Below, one piece after another: positions 51,074-61,066 of a stretch of 64,000 bases of DNA. The stretch is from Malacoraja senta (taxonomy: Eukaryota). The first letter of the stretch is position 1; each line of letters opens with the position of its first letter. The notes under the pieces are model-generated. The model worked only from the letters and a program-made list of their open reading frames with translations, was not told the origin of the DNA and did not search any database. Location: positions 124,001-188,000 of the forward strand of contig JAXLNO010000252.1 of NCBI GenBank assembly GCA_038087875.1. The letters are read 5' to 3'. The translations under genes were made by a program, and so were the position numbers.

Positions 51074-54000
51074 AGATACATACATAGATACATAGAAAAT
51101 AGGTGCAGAAGTAGGCCATTCGGCCCTTCGAGCCTGCACCGCCATTCAATATGATCATGGCTGATCATCCAACTCAGTATCCCGTACCTGCCTTCTCTCC
51201 ATACCCCCTGATCCCCTTAGCCACATCTAACTCCCTCTTCAATATAGCCAATGAACTGGCCTCAACTACCCTCTGTGGCAGAGAGTTCCTGAGATTCACC
51301 ACTCTCTGTGTGAAAAAGTTTTTCCTCATCTCGGTCTTAAAGGATTTCCCCCTTATCCTTAAGCTGTGACCCCTTGTCCTGGACTTCCCCAACATCGGGA
51401 ACAATCTTCCTGCATCTAGCCTGTCCAACCCCATAAGAATTTTGTACGTTTCTATAAGATCCCCTCTCAATCTCCTAAATTCTAGCGAGTATAAGCCAAG
51501 TCTATCCAGTCTTTCTTCATATGAAAGTCCTGACATCCCAGGAATCAGTCTGGTGAACCTTCTCTGCACTCCCTCTAGGGCTATAATGTCCTTCCTCAGA
51601 TTTGGAGACCAAAACTGTACGCAATACTCCAGGTGTGGTCTCACCAAGACCCTGTACAACTGCAGTAGAACCTCCCTGCTCCTATACTCAAATCCTCTTG
51701 CTATGAAGGCCAACATACCATTCGCTTTCTTCACTGCCTGCTGCACCTGCATGCCTACTTTCAATGACTGGTGTACCATGACGCCCAGGTCTCGCTGCAT
51801 CTCCCCATTTCCTAATCGGCCACCATTTAGATAATAGTCTGCCTTCCCGTTTTTGCCACCAAAGTGGATAACCTCACATTTATCCACATTATACTGCATC
51901 TGCCAAACATTTGCCCACTCACCCAGCCTATCCAAGTCACCTTACAGTCTCCTAGCATCCTCCTCACAGCTAACACTGCCCCCCAGCTTAGTGTCATCCG
52001 CAAACTTGGAGATGTTGCTTTCAATTCCCTCGTCCAGATCATTAATATAAATTGTAAATAGCTGGGGTCCCAGCACTGAGCCTTGCGGTACACCACTAGT
52101 CACTGCCTGCCATTGTGAAAAGGACCCGTTTACTCCTACTCTTTGCTTTCTGTTTGCCAGCCAGTTCTCTATCCACATCAATACTGAACCCCCAATACCG
52201 TGTGCTTTAAGTTTGTATACTAATCTCTTATGTGGTACCTTGTCGAAAGCCTTCTGAAAGTCCAGATACAACACATCCACTGGTTCTCCCCTATCCACTC
52301 TACTAGTTACATCCTCGAAAAATTCTATAAGATTCGTCAGACACGATTTACCTTTCGTAAATCCATGCTGACTTTGTCCAATGATTTCACCACTTTCCAA
52401 ATGTGCTGCTATCCCATCTTTAATAACTGACTCTAGCAGTTTCCCCACTACTGATGTTAGACTAACTGGTCTGTAATTCCCCGTTTTCTCTCTCCCTCCC
52501 TTCTTAAAAAGTGGGGTTACGCTTGCTACCCTCCAATCCTCAGGAACTACTCCAGAATCTAAAGAGTTTTGAAAAATTATCACTAATGCATCCACTATTT
52601 CTGGAGCTACTTCCTTAAGTACTCTGGGATGCAGCCTATCTGGCCCTGGTGATTTATCGGCCTTTAATCCATTCAATTTACCCAACACCACTTCCCGACT
52701 AACCTGGATTTCACTCAGTTCCTCCATCTCCTTTGACCCGCGGCCCCCTGCTATTTCCGGCAGATTATTTATGTCTTCCTTAGTGAAGACGGAACCAAAG
52801 TAGTTATTCAATTGGTCCGCCATATCCTTGTACCCCATGATCAATTCACCTGTTTCTGACTGCAAGGGACCTACATTTGTTTTAACTAATCTCTTTCTCT
52901 TCACATATCTATAAAAACTTTTGCAGTCAGTTTTTATGTTCCCTGCCAGTTTCCTTTCATAATCTATTTTCCCTTTCCTAATTAAGCCCTCTGTCCTCCT
53001 CTGCTGGTCTCTGAATTTCTCCCAGGCCTCTGGTATGCTGCTTTTTCTGGCTAATTTGTAGGCATCATCTTTTGCTTTGATACTATCCCTGATTTCCCTT
53101 GTTATCCACGGATGCACTACCTTCCCTGATTTATTCTTTTGCCAAACTGGGATGAACAATTTTTGTAGTTCAACCATGCCGCCTTTAAATGCCTTCCATT
53201 GCATATCCACCGTCAACTCTTTTAGAACTAATTGCCAGTCAATCTTGGCCAATTCACATCTCATACCCTCAAAGTTACCTTTCTTTAAGTTCAGAACCGT
53301 TGTTTCTGAATTAACAATGTCACTCTCCATCCTAATGAAGAACTCAACCATATTATGGTCACTCTTGCCCAAGGGGGCACGCACAACAAGACTGCTAACT
53401 AACCCTTCCTCATTACTCAATACCCAGTCTAGAATAGCCTGCTCTCTCGTTGGTTCCTCTACATGTTGGTTTAGATAACTATCCCGCATACATTCCAAGA
53501 AATCCTCTTCCTCAGCACCCCTGCCAATTTGATTCACCCAATCTATATGTAGATTGAAGTCACCCATTATAACTGTTTTGCCTTTGTTGCACGCATTTCT
53601 AATTTCCTGTTTGATGCCATCCCCAACTTCACTACGACTGCTAGGTGGCCTGTACACAATACCCACCAGCGTTTTCTGTCCCTTAGTGTTTCGCAGCTCT
53701 ACCCATACCGATTCCACATCCTCCAAGCTAATGTCCTTCCTTTCCACTGCGTTAATCTCCTCTCTAACCAGCAACGCTACCCCACCTCCTTTTCCTTTCT
53801 CTCTATCCCTCCTGAATATTGAATATCCCTGGATGTTCAGCTCCCAGCCTTGGTCACCCTGGAGCCATGTCTCCGTGATCCCAACTATATCATAATCATT
53901 AATTGCTATCTGCACGTTTAACTCATCCACCTTATTACGAATGCTCCTTGCATTGAGACACAAAGCCTCCAGGCTTGTTTTTACAACGCTCTTACCCCTT

Positions 54001-54495
54001 ATACAATTATGTTGAAAAGTGGCTCTTTTTGATTTTTGCCCTGGATTTGTCTGCCTGCCACTTTTACTTTTCACCTTGCTACCTATTGCTTCCGCCCGCA
54101 TCTTACACCCCTCTGTTTCTCTGCTCACCCATTTAAGAACCCCACCACCTCTTATTCTCTGTTTATTATTGTTTTATTCTTTCCGCCCTACATGTTGGGT
54201 CTGAGTGCTTTCCTTCTCCGCCTCCTGCCTCACACACTGCCTAATAGCATTCTCTATTTGAGTCCCTCCCCCCAACCATTCTAGTTTAAAGTCTCCCCAG
54301 TAGCCTTTGCAGATCTCCCCGCCAGGATATCGGTCCCCCTCAAGTTCAAGTGCAACCCATCCTTTTTGTACAGGTCGAACCTTCCACAAAAGAGGTCCCA
54401 ATGATCCAGAAATTTGAATCCCTGCCTTCTGCACCAGTCCTTCAGCCACGCATTTATCCTCCACCTTGCTCCATTCCTACACTCACTGATTGTGG
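51074..54495 (-). mobile_element. Young CR1 LINE: ORF2 (51174-54128) interrupted by one in-frame stop, plus the 3' part of the ORF1 esterase
   Basis: APE and RT (QGSVLGP, FADD) are continuous except for TAA at 51942-51944. Upstream frame WCRRQGFKFLDHWD...DGLHLN is the SGNH esterase of CR1 ORF1. 8-bp TSD atgatcat at 51066-51073 and 54496-54503. Confidence 0.93.
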
Positions 54496-54503
54496 ATGAT
54501 CAT

Positions 54504-55460
54504 GGCTGATCATCCACAATCAGTACCCCATTCGTGCCTTCTCCCCATATCCCTTGACTCCACTATCTTTAAGAACTCTTTCTAATTCTCTCTTGAAAGC
54601 ATCCGGAGAATTGGTCTTCACTGCCTTCTGAGGTAGAGAATTCCACAGATTCACAACTCTCTGGGTGGAAAAGTTTTTCCTCATCTTCGTTCTAAATGGC
54701 CTACACCTTATTCTTGAACTGTAACCCCCCTGGTTCTGGACTCCCCCAACACCGGGAACCTGTTTCATGCCTCCAGCGTGTCCAATCCCTAAATAATCTT
54801 ATATGTTTCAATAAGATTCCCTCTCATCCTTCTAAAATCCAGAGTATACAAGTCCAGCCGCTCCATTCTCTCAGGATATGACAGTCCCGCCATCCCGGGA
54901 ATTAACCTTGTAAACCTACGCTGCACTCCCTCAATAGCAAGAATGTCCTTCCTCAAATTAGGGGACCAAAACTGCACACAATACTCCATGTGTGGTCTCA
55001 CTAGGACCCTGTACAACTGCAGAAGGACCTCCTTGCTCCGATACTCGACTCCTCTTGTTTTGAAGGCCAACATGCCTTCACTAGCTTTCTTCACTGCCTG
55101 CTGTACCTGCAAGCTTACTTTCATTGACTGATGAACAAGGAACCCCCAGATCTCGCTGTACTTCCCCTTTTCCTGACTGGACACCATTGGGTTTCTGCCC
55201 GAAACGTTGCTTATCTCCTTCGCTCCATAGATGCTGCTGCACCCGCTGAGTTTCTCCAGCATCTTTGTGTACCTACCATTCAGATAATAATCTGCCTTCC
55301 TGTTCTTGCCACCAAAGTGGATAACCTCACATTTATCCACATTAAACTGCATCTGCCATGCATCTGTCCACTCACCCAACATGTCCAAGTCACCCTGCAT
55401 CCTCATAGCATCCTCCTCATAGTTCACACTGTCACCCAGCTTTGTGTCATCTGCAAATTG
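54504..55460 (-). mobile_element. Older CR1 fragment hosting the young CR1 and a Penelope-derived insert
   Basis: CR1 RT/C-terminal peptides (ORF 54789-55427), interrupted at about 55188-55275 by a Penelope terminal sequence. Confidence 0.85.
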
Positions 55461-55488
55461 GCTATTTGTTACTTTTAATCCCTTGCAG

Positions 55489-55560
55489 GGTTAGTGATGA
55501 AACCAAAACAATGTTGGTGGTAGATGGCGCGTTGCCCATTGAAAAGTTTGATCGCACCTC
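55489..55560 (+). pseudogene. Orphan TRIM exon-5 fragment
   Basis: ccttgcag acceptor followed by VSDETKTMLVVDGALPIEKF, homologous to exon 5 of TRIM-A (VRDEAKPLSVVDEALPIEKF) and TRIM-B (VSDEVRTLSVTDGALPIEKI). Confidence 0.75.
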
Positions 55561-56099
55561 TGCTCTGTTGCTGCGCTAAGCTGCCGCTGCCCGGTCCGCC
55601 TTCACTTGGATCTCCGGCGAGCGAGCACACCCCGCGGCCGCCCGACCGTCCCCGTCCCAGCGCTGCGTCTCCCCCGTGCCCGCGCACCACCATCTGCTTC
55701 AATAGGAGCCGACCAGCCGCGCTCGCACCCGCGACCAGCCCGGTGCTCACCCGGGTCCTAGCGCCCGCCGTCTACTTCCAACCTCTCAAGAAGCCCCACA
55801 CGTCTCTTAAGTTTCACTGACAACTTAAAAACAAGTTTTTTAAATCGTTCTCAATGTTAAGTGAAACATTTAGTGGACCTGCCACTAAACCTTTATTTTT
55901 TAATACATTTAGGAAAACGTCACTCATTGCTTCTCTTCAGAGATGCTGCCTGTCCCGCTGAGTTACTCCAGCATTTTGTGTCTATCTTTGGTTTAAACCC
56001 GCATCTGCAGTTCCTTCCTCTACAAAATTATTATGTGTATTCCCTATATTTATAGAGTTATAGAGGACCAATAAGTCGGAGTGGGAGTGAGTGGGGGCA

Positions 56100-57240
56100 C
56101 TCAGGTCAAAACCTCCCTGTACATGGACGATGGCGCCGTCTTCTGCTCGGATCCAGGGTGCCCAACGTCGCCCTCACCCTGACGGCCACCTTCGTGTGTG
56201 ACTGCATCAGGCGAAGTGTAGTGCCAAGGCACGTGGGCACCAAGTGTCACTACTTGCTGAGGTTCTACCTGTCCCCAGTGTTGCGAAGGATGGACCTGGC
56301 GCAGATGCCACGCAATGTGCCAGTCAGCTGGATATTGCCGCACCACCTGTCATTCGTGGAAAGGTTCTTCCGGACCAACACCTTTGACCACATGTCCATC
56401 AAGCAGTGGTCAGCACGGAATGTCATGCAGGCACTGCAGGGAAATGACTCCATGGATCCGGTGGCGTGGTTCCCAGAGCAGACTGCCCAGCTTGTCTGGC
56501 AAAATGCCTCATCGCCAGAATTCACCAACAGGCACCAAGACCTGGCTTGGCTGGCGGTAAGGGGAGCCCTCCCAGTCAGATCCTTCCTGCACCATCGGAA
56601 CCTCACTACCAGCACACGCTGCCCTCGGGACGGCTGCTATGGAGAGGAGACGGTTGCCCACCTCTTTGCAGAGTGTTGAGTCGCAAAGAGAGTCTGGAGA
56701 AGTATGCAAGGATCCCTGTCACGGTTTAATCCGAACAGCTCCGTCACAGAGGACTCTGTGATTTACGGACTGTTCCCAGGGACACATTCAGAGACGGACA
56801 TCGAGTGCTGCTGGAAGGTCATCAACTCGGTGAAAGACGCTCTTTGGTCTGCCCGAGCGTCGTTCACCACCCAGCAGAGCGAGATGTCCGTCGGGGAATG
56901 TTGCCGACTGGCCCGCTGCAGACTGCAGGAGTACGTGCTGAGGGACGCACTGAAGCTTGGTGCAGCCAACGCCAAGGCTCGGTGGGGGAGGGCCACAGCC
57001 TAGGGTCCTCCCGCTGCTGGACATGGGGAGCAGGGTGTGGTGGAGACGCCCCTAAAAATAAGGGAAGGGATCCCACGCCAGGAGGGCCGCATGAGTGGCA
57101 AGGGTGGGGGGTAAAATTGTGAAATTTGAGCAATGTATGTAAACAGTATTGAATGTCTGTACAACCTCCGGAAATGTTGGATGAATATTTTTGTACCTTT
57201 CATATATTGTATATATTTATTACTTGAAGAAAAAAAGTGA
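56100..57240 (+). mobile_element. Tx1-like LINE 3' portion (zf-RVT region)
   Basis: PNVALTL...WQNASSP...LPVRSFL...CPRDGC...ETVAHLFAEC...KDALWSAR, followed by an AT-rich tail. Confidence 0.8.
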
Positions 57241-58338
57241 ACAAAACTGAACATGTTACTCCAAACTGACCATCCTGAATATGAAATGATGCACAGTTTC
57301 TCCAAATATAGATGTACCTGAAGACTGGAGCGTGAGAGACGAGTGTACTGATGTGGATTAAAATATGTTTACTTCCATGTTGATCCCGGGCTGTGAACGG
57401 AGATGCGGGCGGCGGGTTCCACTGCCCAACAGGTGCAACACTTCCTCAGTTACACCCGAGGCTTCCTTAGCGCCGGGCCCCGTCCCTTTCTGTCCTACCT
57501 TAGTCTTTCTCGTCCATATTCAGGCCAGTTTAATGTCCAATCTACCCCTCCCTCGTGTGAGATGAGTTGGAAGCGGCCAGGACATCTTCACGCTGAACTC
57601 TTGCAGCCAAACAACATTCATTCCACGGGACGGCAGCGGGCGCAGTGACACCGTACTGTAGGGGTTGAATTTAATTTAGTTTAGAGATACAGCGCGCAAA
57701 CTGGCCCTTCGGCCCACTGGGTCGACGCCGACCAGCGATCCTCGCACATTAACAATAGACAATAGACAATAGGTGCATGAGTAGGCCATTCGGCCCTTCG
57801 AGCTAGCACCGCCATTCAATGTTATGATGGCTGATCATCCCCAATCAGTACACCGTTCCTGCCTTCTCCCCAATAAGATCCCATCGCATCCTTCTAAACT
57901 ACAGAGTATACAAGCCCAGCCGCTCCATTCTATCAACCAACCTATGACAGTCCCGCCATCCCGGAAATTAACCTTGTGAACCTACGCTGCACTCCCTCAA
58001 TAGCAAGAATGCCCTTCCTCAAATTAGGGGACCAAAACTGCACACAATACTCCCAGGTGTGGAGTATCCTGCGCTATCCTACACCCGCTAGGGACATTTT
58101 TTACATTTACCAAGCCTCTGAAGAACCGAAGATCTCGGAGAAAACCCACGCAGATCACGGGGAGAACATACAAACTCCGTCAAGACAGCACCCGTAGTCA
58201 GGATCGAACCCGCGACTGGCGCTGCATTCGCTGTAAGGCAGCAACTTGCGCTGCCCCACCGTGACGGTCACGTGACCGCCCATATTCAGCAGCTCCACGT
58301 CAGTGCAAAACATTTTGAATCAGGAAGTGGAGGTTAAA

Positions 58339-60616
58339 ATGGCTTCGAAACACCAGATCCAGAGTTTAACCGAGGACGCGACTTGTCCCATTTGCATGGA
58401 TTTCTTCACCGATCCGGTGTCACTGGAGTGTGGGCACAACTTCTGCCTCTCCTGTATCACACAGAATTGGGAGAAAGAGGGGAGAAACTCCTGCCCGGAA
58501 TGTAGAGAGGAGTTTGCAGATCGCACCCTCAGGGTGAATCGGGCCTTGGCGAGACTGTCTGAGAAAGCTCGAACACTGAGCCTGAATCAGACAGAGAAGG
58601 AAAGTAAACTTCACTGCGAGAAACATCAGGAAGAACTGAAGCTGTTTTGTGAAACCGACAAACAACTGGCCTGTGTGATTTGCGTAGCTGCTCGGGAACA
58701 CAGAGAGCATCGCTTCATACCGATACAAGAAGCCGTTGAAAACTACAAGGTAAAAACAAACTGAATTTCATTAGATGATTATTTTTCCTTTCAGCCTTTT
58801 GCGGGCCGCGCTCCCTCGGCAACTGTTCGGTACACCCAGCCTCCCACCCTTTCCCCAGTTACTTGCCCCAACCACCGCTGGAGATTATACACCTGTCCCT
58901 ATACCTTCTCCCTCACATCCATGCAGGGACTCCAGCAACCCTATCAGGCGAGACAGCCTGCGGCTCTCTGCTGATACACTTCCTGACCCACTGAGTTCTT
59001 GATTTTGACTATGCTTCTTCCCACTTTGCTTCCTGTAAATAATTTATCGTCTACTCCCAATTCCTCCGTCTTCGCCGCATCTGCGCCCAGGATGAGCTGT
59101 TCTATACCAGGGCATCGGTGATGTCCTCATTTTTTAGTGAACGGGGATTCCCATCTTCCATTATAGATGAGGCTCTCACTAGGGTCTCCACGATATCCCA
59201 CAGCTCCGCTCTTACTCGACCTCCCCCTATTCGTAACAAGCACAGAGTCCCCCTTGTCCTCACCCTCTACCCCATCAGCCGTCACATACAACATATAATA
59301 CTCCGACATGTTCGCCACCTCCAACGGGATCCCACTACTGGTCACATCTTCCCATCTCCTCCCTTTTTGCCTTTCCGCAGAGACCGTTCCCTCCGAAACT
59401 CCCTGGTCATTTCGTCCCTTCCCACCCAAACCACCCCCTCCCCGGGTACTTTTCCCTGCAACCCCAGGAGATGCAACACCTGTCCCTTTACCTCCCTCCT
59501 CGACTCCGTCCAAGGACCCCGACAGTCTTTCCAGGAGAGGCAGCGGTTCACTTGCACCTCCTCCAACCCCATCTACTGTATCCGCTCTTCCAGGCGTCAA
59601 CTTCTCTACATCGGGGAGACCAAGCGCAGGCTCGGCGATCGTTTCGCTGAACACCTCCGCTCAGTCCCTCTTAATCTACCTGATCTCCCGGTAGATCAAC
59701 ACTTCAACTCCCCCTCCCATTCCCAATCTGACCTTTCTGTGCTGGGCCTCCTCCATATGGAAGGAACAGTACATCATATTTAGCATGGGTAGTTTACACC
59801 CCAGCGGTATGAACATTGACCTCTCCAATTTCAGATAGTCCTTGTTTTCTTTCTCCATCCCCTGCCCCTTCCCAGTTCTCCCACAAGTCCAACTGTCTCC
59901 GACTACATTCTATCTTTGTCCCGCCCCCTCCCCTAACATCAGTCTGAAGAAGGGTCTCGCCCGAAATGTCGCCCATTCATTCTCCCCAGAGATGCTGCCT
60001 CGCCCGCTGAGTTACTCCAGCATTTTGTGTCTACTACCTACGATGTTAATCAGCATCTGCAGTTCTTTCTTACTCACGCTGAATTCTCCAGCTATTTGAG
60101 TCTTTTTGTAAACTTTCATGTGCAGTTCCGTGTCTACAGTTCATTGGTTCCGTCTGGTCTAATACTTTTATTCACTGATTCTGAATCTCAATCCCAGGAG
60201 AAGATTAAAACCTCCTTAGAGACTCTCACAAAAAATAAATCAGCGATGGAGGAAATGGAGCAACAGCAGAAACAGAAGATTTCTGGAGTTCGGGTAAGGT
60301 TTCTAGTATTCCTTCTCTGATCTTGTGCTATTGTCTTAGATTTCAGGCTCGATATTATTGCTCTTCATCTTTCTTTTGACAGGAACAGTCACAGAACCAG
60401 TTGACCTACATCACATCGGTATTTGTTGAACTGCGCCAGATTCTAAATGAGAAAGAGCGGCTCATTCACAAGGAACTCCGGGAAGAAGAGGAGAGCGTTC
60501 TAAACCCAATGGAGAATAACCTACGAGCGATTCAAGAGGAGTTAAACTCTATTCAAAATCAACTCTTAAATCTACAGGAGCGGATGAATCAAACGGACAG
60601 TTTGATATTTCTGCAG
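58339..60616 (+). CDS. TRIM-C: RING-B-box-coiled-coil TRIM E3 ligase, coding exons 58339-58749, 60198-60293, 60383-60616. The remainder is probably beyond the window end.
   Basis: ATG in aaaATGG context; intact RING and B-box (CEKH...FC..D...CVIC....EH..H). Exons of 411/96/234 nt with GT-AG boundaries, all open and in frame. Confidence 0.9.
59050..60070 (+). mobile_element. Penelope-like element in TRIM-C intron 1
   Basis: [17 protein letters not shown] ([28 protein letters not shown]), terminal repeat with a hammerhead-like core at 59944. Confidence 0.9.
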
Positions 60617-60644
60617 GTAAGGGGTTACATTTTCACTTTGATTC

Positions 60645-61066
60645 AGTCTTCTTCTTGCGAATGAAACATAAACTAAAGGAATAGTTGGATCTCAAGCCGG
60701 GTGTTGTGCAGCCAGGTTGTTGTCTCTGCGTCAATGTTTGCCAGGCCCTGAGCTCCATTTGGTGGGTGGTAGAGCGGGCACCCAGAGATGACATGGTTGG
60801 CTGTCTGTTGTTCTGCTCCACATTCACAGGCTGGCCTCTGGCGGAGCCCCCAACTCCACATGCTGGCATTGAAACGTGCAACTCCAGTAAGTAAGTAAGT
60901 AAGTTTATTAGCCAAGTATTCACATACAAGGAATTTGTCTTGGTGCTCCGCCCATAAGTAACAACATGATATACAGTGACAGTTACGAATGACTCAGAAA
61001 ACACTAAACATTTATAATAATAAAACATTAATGATAAAACACCATTGATCAAGCATGTGAACCTAC
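60645..61066 (-). mobile_element. Adjacent non-LTR 3' fragments: a CECG...H...C zinc-finger type with an (AAG)n tail, and a Rex1/Babar-family 3' UTR with a (CTTA)n tail
   Basis: ACECGAEQQTANHVISGCP peptide; 60888-61066 matches the 3' UTR at 11612-11770. Confidence 0.65.
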
